Under the pieces are notes generated by a model, which saw only the letters and a list, made by a program, of their open reading frames with translations, was not told where the DNA came from and did not search any database. Of a stretch of 64,000 nt of DNA, positions 10,418-19,810 are shown piece after piece; position 1 is the stretch's first letter; each line of letters begins with the position of its first letter. Position numbers and translations under genes: made by a program. Origin of the DNA: an uncultured Candidatus Saccharibacteria bacterium (GTDB taxonomy: Bacteria; Patescibacteriota; Minisyncoccia; Phycocordibacterales; UBA9973); contig CAZWJU010000003.1 of assembly GCA_964634365.1 (NCBI GenBank), forward strand, positions 36,890 through 100,889. Direction: 5' to 3'.

Positions 10418-10627
10418 CTATAAATTTTCCTCAACCTTCCCGGCAACACCGAAAGCTAAAACTAGCGAAAAAAGAACCTCACCAATCCTCATAACAAATC
10501 CAGTAAATTTAGTCATAGGGTGTCCGTATGCTGATTCAAAAAGGAGTGTAGTTGAAGCATGCAAAATTGATAAGACACAGAAAAAAACAAGTAGGAACAC
10601 AAGCAACAATATCAGGTTTTTAAACAT
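10418..10627 (-). CDS. Hypothetical small membrane protein (69 aa)
   Basis: Hydrophobic two-TM sequence. Preferred over the overlapping plus-strand ORF 10347..10679, which is low complexity. Confidence 0.3.
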   Translation of the reverse strand: MFKNLILLLVFLLVFFCVLSILHASTTLLFESAYGHPMTKFTGFVMRIGEVLFSLVLAFGVAGKVEENL

Positions 10628-10713
10628 GTTTTATTTTTTGTTAAAATATCACACAAATATAAAAAGGTCAATTAATTGACCGTTGCAAAATAAGGCCTTT
10701 TGATATAAAATCG

Positions 10714-11331
10714 GTGGGTTATAAGTTACTAAATACTTTTATGGCAATACTTGCATACAATGAAATTAAAGAGCGAAAAATTATAATCTGGAACGAAGAG
10801 CCGTTCGAGGTTCTAGAAAGCCACGTAGCTCGCACACAACAGCGCAAACCTCAAAACCAGGTGAAGATGCGCTCTCTTATAAATGGAAGAGCGGTAAATG
10901 AAACATTCCGATCTTCTGACACAGCAGAAGAAGCTGATTTGGAAAAGAGAGATATAAAATTTCTATACACAAACAAAGGCGAATTTTGGTTCTCTTCTCC
11001 AACAGATCCAAGCAATCGTTTTATGTTAGATGAAAAAATACTAGGCAGTAATGTAAAATTTCTAAAGCCAAATGAAAATGTAACTGCACTTGTATGGACA
11101 GACGAAGATGATGAAGAAAAAATAATCAGCATAAACCTACCTATCAAGATGACTTATGTGGTCAAAGAAGCTCCACCAGCAATCAAGGGCGACACTCGCA
11201 CTGGAGGAAACAAAGTTATCACTCTTGAAAATGGCGCTACTATAAACGCTCCCCTTTTTATTGCCGAAGGAGACAAGATAGTTGTGAACACTGAGACTGG
11301 TGAATATGTAGAGCGAGCGTCAGACAAATAA
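10714..11331 (+). CDS. efp: Translation elongation factor P; real start probably MAILAY at ~10744
   Basis: C-terminus KGDTRTGGNKVITLENGATINAPLFIAEGDKIVVNTETGEYVERA matches the EF-P KGDTATGGTKPA...SGEYVSR region. Three OB domains in total length. Confidence 0.8.
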   Translation: MGYKLLNTFMAILAYNEIKERKIIIWNEEPFEVLESHVARTQQRKPQNQVKMRSLINGRAVNETFRSSDTAEEADLEKRDIKFLYTNKGEFWFSSPTDPSNRFMLDEKILGSNVKFLKPNENVTALVWTDEDDEEKIISINLPIKMTYVVKEAPPAIKGDTRTGGNKVITLENGATINAPLFIAEGDKIVVNTETGEYVERASDK

Positions 11332-11344
11332 ATCAAGTATAAAG

Positions 11345-11370
11345 AAAACCCGCTGTTTAGCGGGTTTTTT
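11345..11370. terminator. Intrinsic terminator aaaacccgctgtttagcgggtttttt
   Basis: Hairpin plus T-run; bidirectional. Confidence 0.7.
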
Positions 11371-11387
11371 GATATGTTAAGGCTTTT

Positions 11388-11780
11388 TTATTCAAGCTTC
11401 TCTGGAAGTCCTTTTTCCTTCCAAACATTATCCCAATTAATTTCGGTCATAGCATTGTAATCAGAGGCAATGCGGTTTTTCATATTCCGGATACCACTGA
11501 TTTCCATGGCGAGATTGTCATATTCCTGACCCGAAGTTATGCCACCAGCTTTCAATGCATCCATACTGGACTGTGCATCAGCAAGTTGTTTTTCATACTG
11601 CTGGTACTGCTGGTACTTCTTGTGGAAGTCTTCGTACGTGTAGATGATATGATCGGAATTAAATACTTTTTTGTTTGCAACTTCATTTGCAGTGTTGCAA
11701 CTACGCACAACAATACTGAGTGCGGAGAGGGCGATTATTCCCAGAATAATCCACCCTGTGATTTTCCATCCGTTGTTCAT
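11388..11780 (-). CDS. LemA-family membrane protein
   Basis: N-terminal TM helix followed by coiled-coil helices (…DALKAGGITSGQEYDNL…), the LemA pattern. Confidence 0.5.
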   Translation of the reverse strand: MNNGWKITGWIILGIIALSALSIVVRSCNTANEVANKKVFNSDHIIYTYEDFHKKYQQYQQYEKQLADAQSSMDALKAGGITSGQEYDNLAMEISGIRNMKNRIASDYNAMTEINWDNVWKEKGLPEKLE

Positions 11781-11781
11781 G

Positions 11782-12432
11782 TTATTGGTTTTCCTGATTT
11801 ATTGGTTCACTGATTTTGTTTACTTTTGCATTTTCAGACTGCTTTTTGAGCTCATTCAATCCATCAAGTAACATTTTTTTATCAGACTGATTCAGCTCAA
11901 TTGGCGCAACTTCAATTACAGGACGTTGTAGCCCAGAAAAAGAAAGCGGTACCTCTGAATAAATATAAGAGGAAAATCCTCCAAATTCAATCAGGCTACC
12001 AAGCGTAAGCATGCCAACCCTTGCTGGATCACTGGAACCATATGTCCCCATCTCATCAGGTGATGGTCCTAATTGGTTGGCTGAAGATATGCTCAAATAA
12101 TACTCTTCTTCTGGTCTAGTTAGACGTTTGCTCGTGCTTGCAAGTTTCCCAACAATTGTTACTTTAAGCCATGTACCATCCAACAGGACAATGTACAAAT
12201 AACTCATTTTATTAGGATCATTGAACCGAACGTTGCGTTCATTCAAAAGAAAGCGATCCATTGAAAAATCAATTGGTGTTCCGGGCTGATTAGACATCAA
12301 GGACTGAACATTTTCTTTCTTTTTATTGAAAGCTGCATTTTCTTGACTTTCATCGACACCACAATCACTTTCTGATGTGAGCAATACGAAAGCCAAACAG
12401 CATGTAAAAAAAATAGAGAACTTTTTCAACAT
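11782..12432 (-). CDS. Hypothetical secreted protein/lipoprotein
   Basis: Signal peptide with Cys (LLTSESDCG); no known domain. Confidence 0.4.
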   Translation of the reverse strand: MLKKFSIFFTCCLAFVLLTSESDCGVDESQENAAFNKKKENVQSLMSNQPGTPIDFSMDRFLLNERNVRFNDPNKMSYLYIVLLDGTWLKVTIVGKLASTSKRLTRPEEEYYLSISSANQLGPSPDEMGTYGSSDPARVGMLTLGSLIEFGGFSSYIYSEVPLSFSGLQRPVIEVAPIELNQSDKKMLLDGLNELKKQSENAKVNKISEPINQENQ

Positions 12433-12519
12433 ATTATAGTTTTTTATAGAACTGGGTTACGACCCCAAAATACGCTCTTGGTTAATGTAACTAAGCTGGT
12501 GGTATTATACCATACAAAC

Positions 12520-12566
12520 ATAAATAAATCAAGCATAAAGAAAACCCGCTAGTTTAGCGGGTTTTT
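12520..12566. repeat. About 45-nt direct repeat (second copy) including the terminator aaaacccgctagtttagcgggttttt
   Basis: taaatcaagCataaagaaaacccgctAgtttagcgggtttttga is near-identical to the copy at 11331..11375. Confidence 0.6.
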
Positions 12567-12568
12567 GA

Positions 12569-14389
12569 TTAGTTATTTTCAATAATATGATTTTTTTGAA
12601 TAATTTGATTATTTTTTTCAATAATTTGATAAGCCAGATTTTCATACTGCTTTTCCCAAAGCGATCGGTATAGACCGTCGGGTAAACTCATAAGTTCATT
12701 GTGAGTTCCCCGCTCATAGACCGTTCCTCCATCTATTACGATGATTTCATCGAGCTGTGCAACAGTAGTTAGCCTGTGAGCTATAACGAGCATAGTTTTG
12801 CCTACCATCTCACGAAGCACTGTTTGCACCTGACTCTCTGTTTCTGTGTCTAGTGCGCTTGTAGGTTCGTCGAGTATTAATATATCTGCGTTTTTCAAAA
12901 ATGCAGCAGCGATAGCAAGTCTCTGGCGTTGTCCACCGGAAAGCTTCACTCCTCTCTCGCCTACAAGCGTGTCATATCCTTTTTCTAATTTTTCGGTTAT
13001 AAAACCGTGACACGACGCACGCTTGGATGCTTCGATTATCTCTTCGAGTGTTGCTTCTGGTTTACCGAAAGAAATAATATCTCTAACTGTCCTGTGTGGA
13101 AAGTTAGGATCCTGAGGTACGTAAGATAAAGTTTTTCGTAACTCATCTTGCGCGATATCTCTGATATCTATTTTCCCAATACTGATAGATCCACATCCGG
13201 GTACTATATCAAACTGCCTGTTTAGAAGTCTGGTGATTGTAGTCTTGCCTGCACCTGTAGTACCGACAAAACCATATCTCTTGCCCGGAGCCAATTTTAA
13301 ATTCAAATGATTTAAAATTGGAGTATCTTTGCCTGGATAGCTAAACGAAACATCATTGAAATGTATTGTTCGATCTCCGTTTAAACTCTTGGGAGCCTCT
13401 GAATCTTGTATTGTAGGCTTCTGACTGAGCACATCTGCCATATCATAAGCATCAGCAAGTGATCTGCGAATATTTGTAATAGCTCGAGAAACTTGCCACA
13501 TATAGTTTGTAACAGTCACAATAAATGACTGAATTAAAACCACCGTGCCAACAGTGACTACACCCTGATGAGCTTTGTTGACTACTATGTACATAGAAAC
13601 AATCTCAAGAGCTATAACAAGCAAGGCTTGTATTGCATTTAACTTATTTCCGATAAGCCATGCCTTTACTCTGTGTTTGTATTCATCATGTGTAGTCTTT
13701 TTAAACTCTTCATGCTCGCGACCCTCGGCTGTATACGAATGAATCATATGCACAGACCCGACAATATCGCTCATGTGTCCAGTAGTAGCCGAGTCTGCAT
13801 CTGCAGATTTGAGATCATATGGTGTCCTAATTTTCGAAAAGATATAGGACATAAAACCAAATATGATTATCCAAACCACAAACACAAAACCGAGCGTTGG
13901 TAGTGTATTGAACACAACCACAAAAACACCTGCGAGAATTATAATTACCCTAAGTATGGTAAATGTAAATTCGTCAAAAAATGTTTCCGTCGTACCGGCA
14001 AACCTTCTAGATTTTGCCACAATCGAACCAACAAACGTAGACAGAAAAAAATCTGTGCTATGTTTTAATATTCCTCGTATAGCATAATCTTTTAGGAATT
14101 TTATAATCTTGGTCTCAGTCTGAACAATAAACCAGTCTCCTAGCCTATTGAATATCCATACGAATACTGTCGCGATAACTATATAACCAAAGAATACAAA
14201 TGGACTCCCTGTGTTTGTACTAAGAGAATCAAATATTGATCTCCAAAACAATGGCTTCAATATATAGTCAATAAATGTAGCCAGTCCGTAAAAAAGCATT
14301 GTTGCCAAGGCAATAGTGCGATACTCACGAAATGCCACTTTCCAGTGCCTCCATACAGGGGCAAAAAGATTCTTCTGTTTCTTCTGCAT
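12569..14389 (-). CDS. ABC transporter, fused permease/ATP-binding subunit (MsbA-like exporter)
   Basis: Six TM helices followed by a nucleotide-binding domain with GTTGAGKTT Walker A, LSGGQRQRLAIAAAFL signature and ILILDEPTSALD Walker B. Confidence 0.85.
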   Translation of the reverse strand: MQKKQKNLFAPVWRHWKVAFREYRTIALATMLFYGLATFIDYILKPLFWRSIFDSLSTNTGSPFVFFGYIVIATVFVWIFNRLGDWFIVQTETKIIKFLKDYAIRGILKHSTDFFLSTFVGSIVAKSRRFAGTTETFFDEFTFTILRVIIILAGVFVVVFNTLPTLGFVFVVWIIIFGFMSYIFSKIRTPYDLKSADADSATTGHMSDIVGSVHMIHSYTAEGREHEEFKKTTHDEYKHRVKAWLIGNKLNAIQALLVIALEIVSMYIVVNKAHQGVVTVGTVVLIQSFIVTVTNYMWQVSRAITNIRRSLADAYDMADVLSQKPTIQDSEAPKSLNGDRTIHFNDVSFSYPGKDTPILNHLNLKLAPGKRYGFVGTTGAGKTTITRLLNRQFDIVPGCGSISIGKIDIRDIAQDELRKTLSYVPQDPNFPHRTVRDIISFGKPEATLEEIIEASKRASCHGFITEKLEKGYDTLVGERGVKLSGGQRQRLAIAAAFLKNADILILDEPTSALDTETESQVQTVLREMVGKTMLVIAHRLTTVAQLDEIIVIDGGTVYERGTHNELMSLPDGLYRSLWEKQYENLAYQIIEKNNQIIQKNHIIENN

Positions 14390-14676
14390 ATTTTATTTAT
14401 TTTTTGAATGAACAATTTTTTTTAAAACACCCTATTGGTTGCCCGATAGGATGTTTTAAACATTCAAGATAGATTCTTAAACCCTTTTAACATCCGACCG
14501 AGTCGGAAATGAGATATTTGAAACGACAGAATACACACGTTCAAAAACGATTGGTGTAGTTGCCCCACACTTGTGCGCGAGACTGATCCAAATATTTGAT
14601 TGTGTTTTTGTCATATTCATAACACGTTTATCTTAGCATATTTATAGAAAATGTCAATCTGTAGCTTGTGGAAATA

Positions 14677-14710
14677 AAAAATACCCTGCACTCGCGGGGT
14701 ATTTTTTATT
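14677..14710. terminator. Intrinsic terminator (taccctgcactcgcggggta + T-run)
   Basis: Hairpin immediately downstream of the rpsR stop. Confidence 0.6.
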
Positions 14711-14911
14711 TTATTTTGCAATATAAGGCATCAAACCCATGAAGCGTGATTGCTTTATAGCCATAGCAAGCTTTCTTTGGTTCTTTGCTGTCATATTTGT
14801 CTTCTTGCGAGACAATATGCGTCCATTTGGATTCACAAACTTTTTCAAAACATCAACATCTTTGTAGTCGATATGTTTGATATTATTTGCTGAAAAATAA
14901 TCTTGTTTCAT
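14711..14911 (-). CDS. rpsR: 30S ribosomal protein S18
   Basis: IDYKDVDVLKKFVNPNGRILSRKKTNMTAKNQRKLAMAIKQSRFMGLMPY is the S18 signature. Confidence 0.85.
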   Translation of the reverse strand: MKQDYFSANNIKHIDYKDVDVLKKFVNPNGRILSRKKTNMTAKNQRKLAMAIKQSRFMGLMPYIAK

Positions 14912-14964
14912 AATAATTAGGTTATAGGTTTCAGGTTATAGGGAAAAGTAAAAAAACTAATCCC

Positions 14965-15321
14965 CTAACTTTCTAATTTTTTAATAATTGTTGATAACAT
15001 TTTCTGAACTTCAATTAAAAGTTCTAAAGGTTTTTTGACTGAAATACTTGGGTATACTTTTTCTATGAGAAGCATTTGAGTTTCAAGCTCAGCACAAGAA
15101 CCATTTGCGATTTTCAAAAACTGAGAATAATCCTTCTTGGTCCCTCTCTTGTTGCCCTCGGCTATATTGCTAGGTATAGAAATAGCTGACCTGCGAATTT
15201 GAGAAACAAAGGAATAAGCTTCTTCTTTTGGAAGTAATCTGCTCAAAGAATAAACTTCTTCGGCAACTTGCATAGCTCTTTGCCATACAATTAAATCTTT
15301 AAAAGAAATTTTTTGTTCCAT
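14965..15321 (-). CDS. Four-helix-bundle protein (family associated with 23S rRNA intervening sequences, TIGR02436-like)
   Basis: FKDLIVWQRAMQVAEEVYSLSRLLPKEE…IANGSCAELETQ is the conserved pattern of this family. Confidence 0.65.
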   Translation of the reverse strand: MEQKISFKDLIVWQRAMQVAEEVYSLSRLLPKEEAYSFVSQIRRSAISIPSNIAEGNKRGTKKDYSQFLKIANGSCAELETQMLLIEKVYPSISVKKPLELLIEVQKMLSTIIKKLES

Positions 15322-15350
15322 ACTATCCCCTCTTCCCTTGTTACTATTCC

Positions 15351-15794
15351 CTAGAACGGTATATCTTCGGCATTTATGTCTTCAGACGGGTATTCGATTG
15401 TATCTATCCCACTACTGTCTTTTGAAGAGCCTTCTGATTTAGGAAAATCTGCAGCCCCTCCGCTAGATGTTCCCTTTGGACCAAATTGGAAATTTTCGAC
15501 AACTATTTCTGTGCGATATTTCTTTTGGCCATCTTGTTCCCAACTTCTTGTCTGTAGACGCCCGTCTACGTACAAAGAGTTTCCTTTTTTACAATACTGA
15601 GCTATTAGTTCAGCTGGTTTACCGAAAGCCACTAGATTGTGATATTCGGTAGAGTCTTGTTTTGCACCATTTGCATCCTTCCAAGATCTGTTTGTCGCAA
15701 GACTAAAGCTTGCAACTTTTACACCTGACGGAAGAGATTTTAGCTCTGGGTCTCTTGTTAGATTCCCTATGAGCATAGCTTTATTGAGATACAT
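15351..15794 (-). CDS. ssb: Single-stranded DNA-binding protein
   Basis: OB-fold MYLNKAMLIGNLTRDPELK…; acidic C-terminus ending DIPF. Confidence 0.9.
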   Translation of the reverse strand: MYLNKAMLIGNLTRDPELKSLPSGVKVASFSLATNRSWKDANGAKQDSTEYHNLVAFGKPAELIAQYCKKGNSLYVDGRLQTRSWEQDGQKKYRTEIVVENFQFGPKGTSSGGAADFPKSEGSSKDSSGIDTIEYPSEDINAEDIPF

Positions 15795-15875
15795 AGTATT
15801 TTTTATATTTACTTAATAATTCGACGTAAACGTGATTTTCTATATTGTATAACAATTTACAAAACTTATCGTCTC

Positions 15876-16343
15876 TTATTCAGCACTAACCATCTTCTCA
15901 ATCTCTGCGTCTACTTCCTCTTTATTTATAGGAAGTTTTGCTTCTTCTTCGGCAGAACGATTTTTCTTCATAGAATCTTTACCGAAAGGCTTTTTTGATA
16001 TAAGAGTATTCTCGCGAATAGTCTTTATAGCCAAGAATCGTATTATCTCTTCGTTCAAAGCAAGAATTTTTGAAATCTCTTCAATCTTACTAGGATCAAG
16101 TTCGAACTTAACCCAACCAAAATATGCTTTAGTAAATTTCTCTTTCTTGTTTGCGATAGTGCGGTCCATTTTGTACGCAAGATCGATCAAACGAGGATGA
16201 TCTTCAGATATGAATACTCCACCTCTCTCAGTTACCAAATCTTTGATCGCAGTAACCTTTGATCCAAGTTGTTCCTCAGGAATATGAGGTACAAAAAGAT
16301 AAGATATCTCGTATATAGTTAATTTTTTTGTTTCGTTTTCCAT
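15876..16343 (-). CDS. rpsF: 30S ribosomal protein S6 with C-terminal extension
   Basis: YEISYLFVPHIPEEQ…GGVFISEDHPRLIDLAYKM matches S6. Position in the rpsF-ssb-rpsR cluster. Confidence 0.75.
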   Translation of the reverse strand: MENETKKLTIYEISYLFVPHIPEEQLGSKVTAIKDLVTERGGVFISEDHPRLIDLAYKMDRTIANKKEKFTKAYFGWVKFELDPSKIEEISKILALNEEIIRFLAIKTIRENTLISKKPFGKDSMKKNRSAEEEAKLPINKEEVDAEIEKMVSAE

Positions 16344-16482
16344 AATAAAAGCGCCTCTAAGGCGCCGAATTTAATTTCGTTAATAATCCCGCTTCGGCCT
16401 TGTCTAGACTTATATCTAGAACTGAGCCACAGCTTCAGAGAGCTGTGACTAACGGGATGTGCCCATACTAGCAATATAAGGC
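16344..16482 (-). other. Structured leader region upstream of rpsF
   Basis: Nested inverted repeats: ggcctt…aaggcc enclosing tctagacttatatctaga, cacagcttcagagagctgtg and gggatgtgccc. A hairpin gcgcctctaaggcgc sits next to the rpsF start. Confidence 0.3.
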
Positions 16483-17292
16483 CTAAAAATCAAGCTTAAA
16501 GAATCTTTTGGCGTTATTGATTAGCGAGATTCGAACTTCTTCCTCATCTAAGCCTTTGATACGTGCGATTGCCTTGTAAACCTCCTCTACCATCCACGGT
16601 TCGCAAGTCTTGCCTCTGTGAGGCACTGGTGCGGCATAGGGGGCATCTGTTTCGGCCATTATTGACTCTATAGGTAGAAAATTGATTGTCTCATCGTAGT
16701 CACCCGAGAAGGTTATCGGTCCATCGAAGCTCATTGTGTGCCCTGCCTCTAGAGCCCTTTTTGCAATATCTACATTCCCAACAAAAAAATGGAAATTTAC
16801 GGACAGATGATAGTTTTCAGGTGTCAGGTTAGAGTAAGAATCAAGAATATCTAAAACATCTTCGTATGCATCCATTGTTCCTTTTGATGGACGAGAGTGG
16901 ATCATAAGAGGCTTCCCTACCTTTACAGCGAGCTCAATATGTTTTTTGAAAATTTCTTTCTGCTTTTCTTTTATTTCTAACTCTTCCCTCTCACCTTTTC
17001 CCTCTAACCTAAAATAGTCTAAGCCTGTTTCCCCTATCGCCACAACTTTCGGATTTTGTGCGAGAATTTCCAACTCCTCACTCCACTCTTCTTCATGGTT
17101 TGGGTGTATTCCAACTGTAGCAAAAAAACCGTCATTTTTTTCTGCGATCTTTATTGCCTCTATACTTGTAGCAAGTTCTGTGCCCACTGTTATAGTCGCA
17201 ACTCCATTCTCTTTCATGCGCGAAATAACCTCACTTTGGTTTTCCAAAAGTGGTGAGAGGTTCAGATGTGAATGTATGTCGATGTATTTCAT
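16483..17292 (-). CDS. tatD: TatD-family metal-dependent hydrolase (DNase)
   Basis: MKYIDIHSHLN…, IGETGLDY and HSR motifs of the TatD family. Confidence 0.85.
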   Translation of the reverse strand: MKYIDIHSHLNLSPLLENQSEVISRMKENGVATITVGTELATSIEAIKIAEKNDGFFATVGIHPNHEEEWSEELEILAQNPKVVAIGETGLDYFRLEGKGEREELEIKEKQKEIFKKHIELAVKVGKPLMIHSRPSKGTMDAYEDVLDILDSYSNLTPENYHLSVNFHFFVGNVDIAKRALEAGHTMSFDGPITFSGDYDETINFLPIESIMAETDAPYAAPVPHRGKTCEPWMVEEVYKAIARIKGLDEEEVRISLINNAKRFFKLDF

Positions 17293-17340
17293 AATAGTTT
17301 ATAGATTTTAGTTTAATGGTTTAGGAAAAATAAGGCAAAT

Positions 17341-17369
17341 AAAAAACTCGGAACAAGTCCGAGTTTTTA
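17341..17369. terminator. Bidirectional terminator aaaaaactcggaacaagtccgagttttt
   Basis: Hairpin with an A-tract upstream and a T-tract downstream. Confidence 0.65.
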
Positions 17370-17372
17370 AAT

Positions 17373-18263
17373 TTATACCTTTGTAACCTTTTTTGATTCT
17401 AAGCTATTTAATCTTCTAACTAATAACCACTGAAGAACTATGCCAAGCCCCACCGCTGCTGCAGATACCTGCCACAACGAGAACTGTGTGTAGATATTAT
17501 ACATCGCCATGTATAACAATCCTATTGTGGGATAAAAAATCACACTCATCCTTGTCTCAAAAAACTCACCATCTTTTATTACTATGGCGAGTATAAAAAA
17601 CAACGCACATGCAATATACAACAACCATGTTGTTGTTAAATATCTATAAAATGGCTCAGCTTGGAATGTTGCCGTGGCTAAAAAAATCAGAGTCATTAAT
17701 CCTAATAGAAATGACATAAGTAAATCCTGGGTATCAAATGCTTCATATATATAATTTTTCCTAACTGCGAGTATAGACCAGCAAGAAAAGAATACTATTG
17801 ATAGCAAAAGAATGAAATTTTCTGCTGCAAAAACATTTTTCACAGCCGTATGATCTTTTCCATAAATCTGTTTCTTCTCTTTATCGAGAATTAGGTCTCT
17901 TTTAGTTTCGGTTTTTTTAGCAATGAAACCAAAATTATTGAATTCTCTGGTTTTTAAAACCATTTCGAAGTCTTCCAGATAACCATCTTTATAGAGAGTA
18001 TTCATCTGGTTCCAATTCAAAGGCCAATTTGAGTTTTCGAGAGTAAAACTCTCGACGGTTGCAGTGAATGAACGGTGAAGAACACAATTATCTAAGGAGT
18101 CGCATTTTTTTTCATCAGTTTGAAAATTGTGTATATACCACACTTCATTTTCCACCCGCTTGATTTCAGTGCCTGTTTCTTCTGTGTGACGAATAACCTG
18201 AGCATTCAAGCAAGAAAATACTGCCAATATCGAAATGACAAAGAACATGATGATTTTTTTCAT
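17373..18263 (-). CDS. Hypothetical membrane protein (signal peptide, extracytoplasmic domain, C-terminal TM bundle)
   Basis: Hydropathy pattern only. Confidence 0.4.
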   Translation of the reverse strand: MKKIIMFFVISILAVFSCLNAQVIRHTEETGTEIKRVENEVWYIHNFQTDEKKCDSLDNCVLHRSFTATVESFTLENSNWPLNWNQMNTLYKDGYLEDFEMVLKTREFNNFGFIAKKTETKRDLILDKEKKQIYGKDHTAVKNVFAAENFILLLSIVFFSCWSILAVRKNYIYEAFDTQDLLMSFLLGLMTLIFLATATFQAEPFYRYLTTTWLLYIACALFFILAIVIKDGEFFETRMSVIFYPTIGLLYMAMYNIYTQFSLWQVSAAAVGLGIVLQWLLVRRLNSLESKKVTKV

Positions 18264-18308
18264 GATTATCGGTTTTTGTTTATGCCGATACTACAATACT
18301 TATATATT

Positions 18309-19790
18309 TTAGTCAACTCTCAAGAATAGAGGTTTTTCTGGGGTTTTATTTAGTTTAATTAATTCAATAATTTTCTGTGAAGTTTCTGGCATTATTGGCT
18401 CAAGCATTTTTGCTATTCTACAAAGCTCAGACAAAATCCACTTTAAATCTTTTTTTGCTTCCTCAGGACTTGTTTTTATCTTTTTAAAAGGCTCTTTGGA
18501 TTGGATAGTTGCATCAGTTTGCTGTATTAAATGCCAAATAAAATTACAAGCAGATGTTATATCAAAATTTTCTAAAGATTTTATAAAAGGAATATACAAA
18601 ACTGAATCTTTAAACTCCTGATTGAAAACTTGTGCTGATATATTTTCAATTTCTTCAATCGACAAGATAACATCGTTACTTGAGGTCATTTTTAAAACAC
18701 GAGAAGTTAGGTTTCCTAGCCCATTTGCTAGTCCTGCATTATAAGAATCTTTAAATCTCTCTAGAGTAAAAGGAGAATCTTCAAAGCTGGATACTTCTTT
18801 CAAGAGGAAGAATCGTAATGCATCTACTCCATATTCACGAGCAACATCTTTTGGATCAACTGTATTCCCTAGACTCTTACTCATCTTTACTCCACCATCT
18901 GCTGTGATATGCCCATTCACAACTATTTTATGAGAATTTGGTAGCCCTGCCGCCATAAGCATCGCTTGCCACATAGCACCTTGAAAACGAGTATTGTCCT
19001 TACCACAATACTGAGTTGGTGTTCCGTTTTGCCAGTATTTCTCAAATGTTTCAGTATCTTCAGGCCAACCGAGTGTAGAAATATAGTTTGTTAGAGCATC
19101 AAACCAAACATACATCACATGATCTGGATTGCCAGGTACTTCTATTCCCCACGGCATCTTGGACTTGAGTCTTGATATTGAAAAATCTTGAAGGCCACGT
19201 TCTACAAAACTACGGATTTCATTGAAACGAAATTCTGGAACTATAAAATCTGGATTTTGTTTATAAAATTCTAAAAGTTTATCAGTAAAAGCGCTGTATT
19301 TGAAAAAATAGTTTTCCTCATCGATAAGCTCAAGCTCCATATTCGGATGATCAGGACACTTACCATCTACGAGTTCAGAATCTGTTTTTTCACTCTCACA
19401 ACCAACACAATATTTTGTCTGATAGTTTTTTAGATAGATATATCCATTTTTTTCTACAAGCTTCCAAAACTCTTGCGCAGACTTTATATGTCGCTCGTCA
19501 CTTGTTCTTATAAAATGTATTTTGTCACTTACTCCAAAAAGTTTTACAGACTCGTAAAATTTCTCGACATTTTGATCTACAAAAGTTTTTACATCGAGAC
19601 CTTGTTCCTCGGCTTTTTTAAAAATCTTGCTTCCATGCTCATCTGTCCCAGAGTTAAAAAACACATCGTCCCCTATTAGTTCACGATAGCGAGCGATTGC
19701 GTCGGCGCGAATAAATTCGAGCGCATGACCCATATGAAGCTCCGCGTTTACATACGGAAGCGTTGTTGTTATATAAAAAGGTTTACTCAT
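18309..19790 (-). CDS. metG: Methionyl-tRNA synthetase
   Basis: MSKPFYITTTLPYVNAELHMGHALE (HMGH variant of HIGH) and KMSKSLGN. The ORF track extends to a TTG at 19808; the ATG at 19790 is preferred. Confidence 0.9.
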   Translation of the reverse strand: MSKPFYITTTLPYVNAELHMGHALEFIRADAIARYRELIGDDVFFNSGTDEHGSKIFKKAEEQGLDVKTFVDQNVEKFYESVKLFGVSDKIHFIRTSDERHIKSAQEFWKLVEKNGYIYLKNYQTKYCVGCESEKTDSELVDGKCPDHPNMELELIDEENYFFKYSAFTDKLLEFYKQNPDFIVPEFRFNEIRSFVERGLQDFSISRLKSKMPWGIEVPGNPDHVMYVWFDALTNYISTLGWPEDTETFEKYWQNGTPTQYCGKDNTRFQGAMWQAMLMAAGLPNSHKIVVNGHITADGGVKMSKSLGNTVDPKDVAREYGVDALRFFLLKEVSSFEDSPFTLERFKDSYNAGLANGLGNLTSRVLKMTSSNDVILSIEEIENISAQVFNQEFKDSVLYIPFIKSLENFDITSACNFIWHLIQQTDATIQSKEPFKKIKTSPEEAKKDLKWILSELCRIAKMLEPIMPETSQKIIELIKLNKTPEKPLFLRVD

Positions 19791-19810
19791 AAATTTGTAT
19801 GTACTCAATA

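Noticed and set aside
10347-10679. 110-aa plus-strand ORF overlapping the 69-aa minus-strand membrane-protein ORF
   Set aside because: The plus-strand product is low complexity with no hydrophobic or motif pattern. The minus-strand frame reads as a two-TM peptide. Neither is certain.
16344-16482. Possible tRNA or tmRNA between tatD and rpsF
   Set aside because: No cloverleaf can be drawn and there is no T-loop GTTCGA(A/T)TCC motif. The region is reported as a structured leader instead.
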